Origin: an uncultured Bacilli bacterium | GTDB lineage: Bacteria; Bacillota_I; Bacilli_A; RF39; UBA660 | Assembly: GCA_947626095.1 (NCBI GenBank) | Contig: CANQQV010000024.1 | Span: forward strand, 1 to 18,922 | Direction of reading: 5' to 3' | DNA length: 18,922 nucleotides | Shown: in pieces, positions 1-7,258 of the stretch | How the letters are laid out: each line of letters begins with the position of its first letter | Position numbering within the stretch: position 1 is the stretch's first letter | The notes under the pieces: generated by a model | What the model was told of the DNA's origin: nothing | What the model saw: the letters and a program-made list of their open reading frames with translations, nothing else | Databases searched by the model: none | Translations under genes and position numbers: made by a program

Positions 1-198
1 GCAGAAGGTTACACAGTAAAAGAAGAAGGTAACTACAAAGTAGTAGTTTCAACAAAAGCAGAAAATGATAAGAAACCTGCTGCTAAACCAGAAGAACAAG
101 CTCCAAACACATATGATGCAGGTCTTGTATATATGGGATTAGCATTAAGTGCAATCGGTGCAAGTGTTGTTTCTGTTAGAAAATTAAGAAATAACTAA
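1..198 (+). CDS. 3' end of a cell-wall-anchored surface protein (partial, starts upstream of the window)
   Basis: Frame +1 reads AEGYTVKEEGNYKVVVSTKAENDKKPAAKPEEQAPNTYDAGLVYMGLALSAIGASVVSVRKLRNN then TAA at 196-198. This is a K/P/E linker, an APNTY sorting-like motif, a hydrophobic helix and a basic tail. Not in the ORF track. Confidence 0.88.
   Translation, partial: AEGYTVKEEGNYKVVVSTKAENDKKPAAKPEEQAPNTYDAGLVYMGLALSAIGASVVSVRKLRNN
34..195 (+). repeat. Direct repeat copy 1 (anchor-coding constant region), 160/162 identical to 2299-2460
   Basis: Manual alignment shows two synonymous differences (GAA/GAG at 63 vs 2328; CCT/CCA at 78 vs 2343). 79-195 is identical to 2344-2460. Confidence 0.95.
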
Positions 199-277
199 TT
201 ATTTATTAAAATATTCAAGAAAAAAAAGGAAATAAGCTTCGAGTAGCGAATAATTATAGTGAAAGGAGGAAATAATC

Positions 278-1114
278 ATGAACCTAGAAAACACATTCGT
301 TCCTTTAACCTATGATAAATTATTTAAATCTTTGTGGTTAATAGGTAGTAAAGAAACAAGAAACTATTTTAATCGCCTTATCAGTAATATCGTTAACTTT
401 GATATTAGTAACTTTATCTTAATACCTAATGAGCTACCTATTAAAAGAAAAGATAGTAAAGGTAATATAGTCGATATCTTATTAGAATCACCAGATAAAA
501 AGATTAAGATTAATATTGAATTAAATCCTAAGTATAATAAAGGACTTAGTAATCGTAATGAATCATATCTATATAAGATTGCCGGAGAATACTATGCTAA
601 AGATAATAAAACTAGTTATATAGATAAAATAAAAGTTATTCAAGTAAACTTAAATAACTTTTATTCTAAAGATAGAAAAGAGATAGGAGTATCAGAGTAT
701 ACTATGAAAGATAAATATAATAATTTAGATTTAAATAGTATTAAGATAATTAATATTTATATACCAATATTATCTAATTTATGCTATAATCAAGATATGG
801 AAAAACAATTAGATTATGTAATGTTTGATGCAACTAGTTTTAAAGAAATGGCGATATATGCTAAAGGAAATAAAGAAAGGGAGAGTGTTATGAAAGACAT
901 GGAGAAAATCGTAAACCAATATAAAGCTATGCAAAGAGAATACGAAGAAGAGAAGTATTTAAAAGATGTATTAGAAGCTGACTTAAAAGAAGCCAAAGAA
1001 GAAGGCATTAAAGCTGGAAGACAAAAAGAAAGAAATAGTATCATCAATAAATTACTTTCAAGTGGTATGTCAAAAGAAGAATTATCCAAAAGACTTAGTA
1101 TACCGATTTCATAA
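278..1114 (+). CDS. Rpn family recombination-promoting nuclease / PD-(D/E)XK putative transposase
   Basis: Strong SD GAAAGGAGG at 261-269. N-terminal 'PLTYDKLFKSLW' (D-x-x-FK), 'VDILL...INIELN' catalytic-type motif, 'RNESYL' (R-x-x-x-Y), and a C-terminal 'AKEEGIKAGRQKE...LLSSGMSKEELSKRL' tail typical of the family. Confidence 0.85.
   Translation: MNLENTFVPLTYDKLFKSLWLIGSKETRNYFNRLISNIVNFDISNFILIPNELPIKRKDSKGNIVDILLESPDKKIKINIELNPKYNKGLSNRNESYLYKIAGEYYAKDNKTSYIDKIKVIQVNLNNFYSKDRKEIGVSEYTMKDKYNNLDLNSIKIINIYIPILSNLCYNQDMEKQLDYVMFDATSFKEMAIYAKGNKERESVMKDMEKIVNQYKAMQREYEEEKYLKDVLEADLKEAKEEGIKAGRQKERNSIINKLLSSGMSKEELSKRLSIPIS
782..790 (+). promoter_or_regulatory. Intragenic extended -10 promoter (TGcTATAAT) inside the Rpn gene
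   Basis: Perfect TGnTATAAT spanning the Cys-Tyr-Asn codons, about 100 nt upstream of the internal SD/ATG. No good -35. Confidence 0.55.
890..1114 (+). CDS. Putative in-frame small C-terminal product of the Rpn gene (RpnS-like antitoxin, 74 aa)
   Basis: SD-like AAGGGAG (877-883) lies 6 nt before the in-frame ATG at 890 and is built from AGG/GAG codons that are rare in this window. An internal promoter lies upstream. Confidence 0.55.
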   Translation: MKDMEKIVNQYKAMQREYEEEKYLKDVLEADLKEAKEEGIKAGRQKERNSIINKLLSSGMSKEELSKRLSIPIS

Positions 1115-1130
1115 ACAATAAGGCAATATT

Positions 1131-1152
1131 ACTATCAGTAGTTACTGTTAGT
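1131..1152. repeat. Imperfect inverted repeat ACTATCAGTA-GT-TACTGTTAGT at the cassette 5' edge (candidate recombination site)
   Basis: 10-bp arms match 9/10 around a 2-bp core, within the signal-peptide-coding remnant. Confidence 0.45.
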
Positions 1153-2298
1153 GCAGCTTGTCATCTACCAGATACAACAGGAGCAGGTAGCGTATGTGAA
1201 GCTAAAATTGGTTCTACAGGATATGATACTGCTGAAGCTGCATGGGTTGATGCAGTTGAAAATGGTGGAACTGTTGAAATATTAGGTACAGGTAGTAATT
1301 TAATTGTTAACGCTAGCACATATACAATCACTAAAAATGTAACTGTTTTAGCTAATAATAATACTGTAACATTTAATAAAGCTATTACAGTAGATGATGA
1401 AGGTAGTTTAACTATTACTGGTGCTAATTTAACAGCTGCTTATACTATAGTAGTTAATAAAGGTGGTAATTTAGCATTAAATAATGTTACTTCTACAACA
1501 TCAGGTACTTTAGTAAACAACTCAGGAACAACAGTAGTAACTGGTGGAACATTTACTGCAAATGGTACTGCAGCATTATTTGAAAATAAAGGCAGCCTTA
1601 CTTTAAATAATGTAACTAAAATAACAACTACTAAAGCAGACGTTGTTAAAGTAGCATCTCATAATACTACTACTGCTCTTAATGGTGGAACATATGACGT
1701 TTATAGATTATTTGCTACACCATCTAGTGATCCAGTAGACGATGGATTAGAAGCTGAAAAAGTAGCAAGTATTACAGTTAAAGATGGTAAAATAGTTGCT
1801 GATTATGATACTGCTATTGAAGGTAAATCAGCAGTAACTTTTACAAATAGTACATTTACTGTTGGTAGTGGAGATGCATTCCATTTATATGAAGGTTCTT
1901 TAACAGTTAATAGTGGTAAAATTGTAGCTTCTAATAAAGATGCTATTGAAGTTAGTGGTACTGATGAAGCAACATTAACTATTACTGGTGGTACTGTAGA
2001 ATCTACTAAAGGTGGTTATGCATTATCTTTAACTAATCCAAATGCTACATACACAGTTAGTGGTGGAGAATTTAATAGCAAAGTAGCTGGTCGTGCTGCT
2101 ATATATATAACTTTACCAACTGCTAAAGTTGATGGTAAAGTAACTGTAGCAAAAGCATATCAAGGTATTTTAACTGGTGGAAAATATTTAAATAATATTA
2201 TTGATAAAGCCGTAATTAATGGTGGTAATTATGATGTTACTGATCAATTAGTAGCAAAAGATTACACAGTAAAAGATGAAGTTGTTGGAAAAGATACT

Positions 2299-2460
2299 TA
2301 CAAAGTAGTAGTTTCAACAAAAGCAGAGAATGATAAGAAACCAGCTGCTAAACCAGAAGAACAAGCTCCAAACACATATGATGCAGGTCTTGTATATATG
2401 GGATTAGCATTAAGTGCAATCGGTGCAAGTGTTGTTTCTGTTAGAAAATTAAGAAATAAC
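2299..2460 (+). repeat. Direct repeat copy 2 (anchor-coding constant region)
   Basis: 160/162 identical to 34-195. Identity ends at the last sense codon AAC, followed by ATAAAA instead of TAA. Confidence 0.95.
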
Positions 2461-2462
2461 AT

Positions 2463-2495
2463 AAAAAAATTAGTTTATTTTCATAAACTAATTTT
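2463..2495. terminator. Intrinsic terminator of ponA (possibly bidirectional)
   Basis: AAAATTAGTTTAT-tttc-ATAAACTAATTTT hairpin with an A7 run on the left (U-tract on the minus strand). Confidence 0.7.
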
Positions 2496-5202
2496 AATTT
2501 GTTTCATCTTCTGTATCTTCTATTTCGCTATTATCTTCCGAATTATCATCTTCATCAGGTGAATATACTGGCGGATAATATGGATAACCGGTACCACCCG
2601 TAATATTAGTTGATATAGCTAAGCCACTACTCATATTACTTTTAAATATACTATAAGCTGACTTAACAACAAATGTATAATTACCATCCATAGGAGCATG
2701 ATAAACATAATAATTTTCTGTTGTAAAATCTAAAGGTACTAAGCCATCATCTGTTTCTAAGTAAATTTCATAACCTAAAGTACCAATTTTGGAATTATTA
2801 TATTCTATTCTTTTATTAAAATACTGTGTGGCAAATTTACCATAATTTTCCGTAAATAGTTCTTGTAAAAAGCTATCATTTATGGCATCAGGCGTTTTAA
2901 TTCCATTCCAACTAATATTTACTTGATAATTACTTACTTCAATTTGTCCATTAGTAGGATTCTTTAATGTATCAAATCTTTCAGAAACTTCACTGGGTTC
3001 TAAACCTCTTTTAAATAACTCTGTTGATATTAAACTTGATGGGGTATTGTCGGAGGGCAATTGAGTAGGGTAAGTTTCTAATTCATATTTTACTGATAAC
3101 ACTGTTGCTGGTTTAGTAAATTTAGAATTAGCTTTATAAATGTTATTACCTAAGGCAGCCATTAATAATTTTCTTTCAACTGCTGCACCATTAGAAGTCG
3201 TAAAGTTATTTTTATCAACTAATACATGGTCAACACCATACCACATTGCTATAACATAATCTGGTGAATAAGTTATATTCCAGTTATCTGCTGAAGCAGT
3301 TAGTGGAATACCATTAGCTTTTAAGTATGAATCAGGGAAGGTAGCAGTTCCAGTTTTGGAAGCAATTTCCGTATTTTTAACTTTAAAGTTACCACCAACA
3401 CCTTGTTTTGTCGCTGTAACTAAAATATCGGTAATCATATAAGCCGTTTCTGCACTCATAGCTTGTTTTCTTTCACGGTCCGGTTCAATTACATCCCCAG
3501 ATTGACGAAGAACAAATTTAGTAAATGTATAAGGTTCAATGTAGTAGCCACCTCTAGCAAACGTACCATAAGCTCCAGCCATATCCATCGGACTTTGTTC
3601 AAGTCCACCACCAATAGCATATGATTCATATAAGGTTGTATCAGTAACTTCACCAGTATTTTTATCATATACGTAATAATCAATACCACAGTTATTAACA
3701 AATTCAATTATTTTATTTTTATCAACAGCTTGGAAAGCTTGAATAGCTGGTATATTTCTTGAACGAGCAAGTGCTTGACGCATTGTAATAGCTCCTAAAT
3801 ATTTACCATCTGAGTTAGTAATTTTAACCCCATTTGAATAAGTATAAGGTTGATCGTAGAAGATTGTTCCTGGATTACCATTATTATATTCAATATATGG
3901 TCCATAAGCGAAGATTGGTTTTGCTGTTGAACCAGGTTGTTTATCTTTCATTATCGCTCTATTTTCAACTTTACGTCCTAATACCTTACGTCCACCATCA
4001 ACCGCTCTTACAGAACCATCTTTAACATCAGTAATAACAATACCAATATCAACGTTTTTAGTTTTCTTACCAGCACGTTTTTCCCAATTGTAACCTAATT
4101 CACTATTATTTAATTTAATTATATTATCTTGCATTGCTGGATCTAATGTTGTATAAATTTCCATTGGTGTACTATAAGGATCTAATCCATAGTCATTACT
4201 TATTTCACTACATACTACATCGATAAATTGTTGATATTTATTAAGTGAAGCTGCATCTTGATCAACTATTAATGATTCAATCGGAATATTATTCGCATCA
4301 TCAGCTTGTTCTTGTGTAATATAACCATGTTTAACCATTAAACTTAATACCGTTGCACGTCTTTGGGTTGCTAATTCTGTACTATAAAATGGGTTATAGT
4401 AATATGGTGAATTAAAGATACCAGCTAATATTGCTGCTTCAGCTAAAGAAATATCATTTATCTTTTTACCAAAGTATGTTTGCGCAGCTGCTTCAACACC
4501 ATAAGCTCCAGAACCAAAATTTTGTCTATTTACATAAAATTCAATAATTTGTTCTTTAGTATATTCTTTTTCAATTAAGAAAATTGAAATATAGATATCG
4601 TGGAATTTACGAACAATACCTTTAAAGTTAAGATCTGATTCAATAGCTCCATTTTCATCAACAGAGAAAGTATTTTTAGCAAGCTGCATGGTAATAGTTG
4701 AAGCACCACCAGCTCCATCTTGACCAGCAAATTGTCCTAAAGAAGCTTTAACGAATCTTATAACGTCAAAACCATTATGTTGGAAGAATCTTGAATCTTC
4801 TGTCGCTACTAAGGCATCAATAAACACATTAGGTAAATCATCATAAGTTCTATTTTCTCTTAATTCCAATCCTACACGGGCAAATTCATTACCATCACGA
4901 TCATAAAAAATTGTTGCTTCTTTATTATAAAATTTATCAGTATCAAACTTAGGCGCTGTTATAACAATGTATGCACAGAATGTTATAACTGCTAACATAC
5001 CTACAATACCAATAAACATAATTAAAGATAAAAAGCTATTAATCACAAAGCTTAATTTTTTATGTCCTTTTTTCTTTTTCGGCATATCCACCTTCATTGG
5101 AATAGCCTTTTTAATCCCAACAACTTTTTTATTACTTTTGTTAGTCGTGTTGGTCTTTTTAGTATCTTTCTTCTTTTTAGAAGTAACTTTTACTATTACC
5201 AT
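2494..5202 (-). CDS. ponA: Class A penicillin-binding protein PBP1A (transglycosylase/transpeptidase)
   Basis: Lys-rich N-terminus and TM helix; transglycosylase motifs EDSRFFQHNG and GASTITMQLAKN; transpeptidase motifs STAK (SxxK), SRN and KTGT; directly downstream of recU. Confidence 0.95.
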   Translation of the reverse strand: MVIVKVTSKKKKDTKKTNTTNKSNKKVVGIKKAIPMKVDMPKKKKGHKKLSFVINSFLSLIMFIGIVGMLAVITFCAYIVITAPKFDTDKFYNKEATIFYDRDGNEFARVGLELRENRTYDDLPNVFIDALVATEDSRFFQHNGFDVIRFVKASLGQFAGQDGAGGASTITMQLAKNTFSVDENGAIESDLNFKGIVRKFHDIYISIFLIEKEYTKEQIIEFYVNRQNFGSGAYGVEAAAQTYFGKKINDISLAEAAILAGIFNSPYYYNPFYSTELATQRRATVLSLMVKHGYITQEQADDANNIPIESLIVDQDAASLNKYQQFIDVVCSEISNDYGLDPYSTPMEIYTTLDPAMQDNIIKLNNSELGYNWEKRAGKKTKNVDIGIVITDVKDGSVRAVDGGRKVLGRKVENRAIMKDKQPGSTAKPIFAYGPYIEYNNGNPGTIFYDQPYTYSNGVKITNSDGKYLGAITMRQALARSRNIPAIQAFQAVDKNKIIEFVNNCGIDYYVYDKNTGEVTDTTLYESYAIGGGLEQSPMDMAGAYGTFARGGYYIEPYTFTKFVLRQSGDVIEPDRERKQAMSAETAYMITDILVTATKQGVGGNFKVKNTEIASKTGTATFPDSYLKANGIPLTASADNWNITYSPDYVIAMWYGVDHVLVDKNNFTTSNGAAVERKLLMAALGNNIYKANSKFTKPATVLSVKYELETYPTQLPSDNTPSSLISTELFKRGLEPSEVSERFDTLKNPTNGQIEVSNYQVNISWNGIKTPDAINDSFLQELFTENYGKFATQYFNKRIEYNNSKIGTLGYEIYLETDDGLVPLDFTTENYYVYHAPMDGNYTFVVKSAYSIFKSNMSSGLAISTNITGGTGYPYYPPVYSPDEDDNSEDNSEIEDTEDETN

Positions 5203-5204
5203 TT

Positions 5205-5768
5205 TTATTCTCCTTTAAAATAAATATCATCAACTAGAGTTAAATAATCTAACTGTGGTTGATATCCTATCTTTATAACATATGCTTTTTCTTGAATATA
5301 TTTATAACTAATTGATTTACGTTTATTATTATCGATATACGCAATATAATCTTCACCAGTTAGTAAATAAACTATTCCATTCATTTTTATAATTAGGAAT
5401 ACTATACCGCCATGTTTAATAACATTTCTTATTTGTACTGTTTGATGTTCATGTATATTTGATAGGGGGAAAGAAGTTTTACTTAAAGTTTCTTTAGCAT
5501 CGAATTCAATGTATTTTCCCCGATATAATCCATTATAATCTAAGGTTGACTGTTCTTTAAAATAAGCTTTTTCAATAGTCTTATGTTGATTCTTGTAAGA
5601 AACATCAACAACTCCAATTGGCGTAGGCTTTTTAAATATTAGTGCTCTATCATTTTTCAAATAATAATTATTCGTTAAATTTAATACATGTTCTAAGTCC
5701 ATTCCACGATTACTATGGGAAATACTTAAACGAGTGAAATTTTTCTTGATATTATTTGGGTACTGCAC
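5205..5768 (-). CDS. recU: Holliday junction resolvase RecU
   Basis: NRGMDLE, KKPTP, AYFKEQSTLDYNGLYRGKYIEFDAKET and FPLSNIHEHQ motifs; recU-ponA synteny; GTG start with AAGGTGA SD. Confidence 0.96.
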   Translation of the reverse strand: MQYPNNIKKNFTRLSISHSNRGMDLEHVLNLTNNYYLKNDRALIFKKPTPIGVVDVSYKNQHKTIEKAYFKEQSTLDYNGLYRGKYIEFDAKETLSKTSFPLSNIHEHQTVQIRNVIKHGGIVFLIIKMNGIVYLLTGEDYIAYIDNNKRKSISYKYIQEKAYVIKIGYQPQLDYLTLVDDIYFKGE

Positions 5769-5919
5769 TAAAAATCACCTTAATTAATTATACTATAAAA
5801 TTAAGAGAAAATATAGTAGTTTAGCATAGGAATTTACATAACAACTTTTTTCTATTTTTGTCTAAAATACTGATATGAAATATATATTTTGTTAAAATAA
5901 GCCTGAAAGGAGAATATTC

Positions 5920-6012
5920 GTGCGTGTTGATTTCTTTATCGAGGAAATGATTAGAATGATTAATGAGGTTGAAAGGGAACTAGCTATCCATAGCCATCAC
6001 CTTGACAAGTAA
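5920..6012 (+). CDS. Unannotated 30-aa small protein MRVDFFIEEMIRMINEVERELAIHSHHLDK
   Basis: Strong SD GAAAGGAG (5905-5912) 7 nt before GTG; amphipathic-helix-like sequence; fills the recU-gpsB gap. Confidence 0.55.
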   Translation: MRVDFFIEEMIRMINEVERELAIHSHHLDK

Positions 6013-6031
6013 TGTTTAAACGATATATAAT
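6002..6031 (+). promoter_or_regulatory. Sigma-A promoter of gpsB-rnpB
   Basis: TTGACA (6002-6007), 18-nt spacer, TATAAT (6026-6031). Confidence 0.75.
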
Positions 6032-6056
6032 TTAAAGCATAAGAAGGGTGATTAGT

Positions 6057-6386
6057 ATGGAAAAAATTTCATTAACACCACAAGAAATTTTAGACAAAGA
6101 ATTTGAAATTGATGTTAGAGGTTATCGTCCTCAAGAAGTAGATAAATTCTTAGATTTAGTTATTAATGACTATAATGAATTTATTAAAGAAGTTAAAAGA
6201 TTAGATAAAGAAGTAGCTTTTTTAAATGATGAAAATTCTAAATTAAAAAATGAATTACGTCGTCTTAAAGCTAATATCGAAGCTGCTGAAGGCTCAGCTC
6301 AAGCTAGCGGTTCAGTAAGTAATGTTGACATTCTAAGAAGACTTAGCCAACTTGAAAAAGTTGTCTACGGTAAAAACGAACAATAA
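6057..6386 (+). CDS. gpsB: Cell division regulator GpsB (DivIVA family)
   Basis: LTPQEILDKEF..VRGY...EVDKFLD N-domain and SNVDILRRLSQLEKVVYG C-domain; directly upstream of rnpB. Start moved to ATG 6057 because the track's GTG is part of the GGGTGA SD. Confidence 0.93.
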   Translation: MEKISLTPQEILDKEFEIDVRGYRPQEVDKFLDLVINDYNEFIKEVKRLDKEVAFLNDENSKLKNELRRLKANIEAAEGSAQASGSVSNVDILRRLSQLEKVVYGKNEQ

Positions 6387-6731
6387 AATAATATTTTTAG
6401 GCAAATGCTATGCTTCGGCATAGAGGAAAGTCCAGGCTCACACAATCTGTGATGATTGTAGTGTTTGTGCTAAGGGAATAAATAACCTTAGGTAGTAGTA
6501 ATACTAACGGCTTCGAAATAGTCCTACGGGATTAAATTAGATATAAAAGTGCCAAAGAGACGAGTCTAGGAAGTAATTTCTAGAGTGGAACGTGGTAAAC
6601 CCCGCAAGTGAGAAACCCAAATTTTGGTAGGGGAGTCTTTACTAGGAATCAAACGATGTAAAGGACCTTTATGGTAGATAAATATTTGCCACCCTTTAAG
6701 GGTACAGAACTTGGCTTATTAAGATGTTATT
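6387..6731 (+). ncRNA. rnpB: RNase P RNA (bacterial type B)
   Basis: GAGGAAAGTCC (P4 5' side), AGTGCCA, GTGGAACG..GGTAAACCCC, GAGAAACCCAAATTTTGGTAGGGG and ACAGAAC-TGGCTTA (P4 3' side); complementary ends AATAATATTTT/AAGATGTTATT; gpsB-rnpB synteny. Ends are approximate. Confidence 0.95.
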
Positions 6732-6763
6732 TTTAAATTTAAAATGCAAAGGAGTGAAAAATC

Positions 6764-7249
6764 TTGAATGAGATTGGCGAACTGTTAAGAACTACTCGTG
6801 AAAATTCAGGAGTTAGTTTAGAAGAAGCCAGTAGCGATTTAGAGATTAAAACCCTAATTTTAGAAAATATCGAAGATGGCAATATTGGGTGCTTTAAAGA
6901 TATTTTTGTTCTTAAACAAAATATTTATGATTATGCAAAATATTTAGGGTTAGAACCTGATAAAATAATCGATGATTTTAATGAATATTTATTTGAATAT
7001 ACTTCAAAAATCCCATTAAATGATATCGAAAAAGCGATGAAAGAAAAACAAAAAGACGAAATAGTAAGTGATAAAATTGTATCACCATATACTAATTCAA
7101 CTAAAAACGCAAATTCTAAGATAATTTTAGCAATAATCATTGCTTTAAGTATTTTAGTATTACTGGTTATTGTTTGGTCGGTTAGACAACTGGCTGATGA
7201 CAATATGGCAACAAATATAATAAGCTACGTTGATAGTAGTAATAGATAA
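6764..7249 (+). CDS. RodZ/YmfM-like HTH membrane protein (short, no large extracellular domain)
   Basis: IGELLRTTRE..GVSLEE....LEIK...LENIEDG..YAKYLGL HTH, single C-terminal TM helix, upstream of pgsA; TTG start with AAAGGAGTG SD. Confidence 0.85.
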   Translation: MNEIGELLRTTRENSGVSLEEASSDLEIKTLILENIEDGNIGCFKDIFVLKQNIYDYAKYLGLEPDKIIDDFNEYLFEYTSKIPLNDIEKAMKEKQKDEIVSDKIVSPYTNSTKNANSKIILAIIIALSILVLLVIVWSVRQLADDNMATNIISYVDSSNR

Positions 7250-7258
7250 GGTGTAAAT

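Larger units (their letters stand above)
1123..2460 (+). pseudogene. Start-less, stop-less surface protein cassette (beta-helix-like repeats plus C-terminal wall anchor); candidate silent variation cassette
   Basis: Frame +1 is open from 1099 to TGA at 2560-2562, with no in-frame ATG/GTG/TTG until 2398. It begins AILLSVVTVSA|A (back half of a signal peptide), continues with the EAKIGSTGYDTAEAAW..GGTVEIL cap motif and repeated LT(I/V)xGG(T/E)F-type beta-strand units, and ends with the same APNTYD-TM-RKLRNN anchor as 1-198. Confidence 0.85.

Noticed and set aside
220-227. A8 tract upstream of Rpn as a phase-variation switch
   Set aside because: A8 runs are common at this AT content, and I could not place it between credible -35 and -10 boxes.
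814-1089. 91-aa antisense ORF inside Rpn, and similar track ORFs at 3489, 3834, 4967, 6931, 8686, 9762, 10585, 11487 and 17780
   Set aside because: All lie within well-supported genes, with no SD or recognisable motif noticed; expected shadow ORFs.
1099-1114. Programmed -1 frameshift fusing Rpn to the cassette
   Set aside because: No slippery heptamer in the 16-nt overlap, and a nuclease fused to a half signal peptide makes little sense for export.
199-1122. Rpn gene as a classical IS element
   Set aside because: I found no terminal inverted repeats or target-site duplication flanking it.
1141-1161. VTVSAAC as a lipoprotein lipobox
   Set aside because: Position -3 is Ser rather than Leu/Val/Ile, and the protein has a C-terminal anchor. 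A signal peptidase I VSA|A site with a Cys-Cys loop fits better.
34-2460. DGR template/variable repeat pair or CRISPR array
   Set aside because: Only two synonymous differences (A/G, T/A), no reverse transcriptase in the window, and no short regularly spaced repeats.
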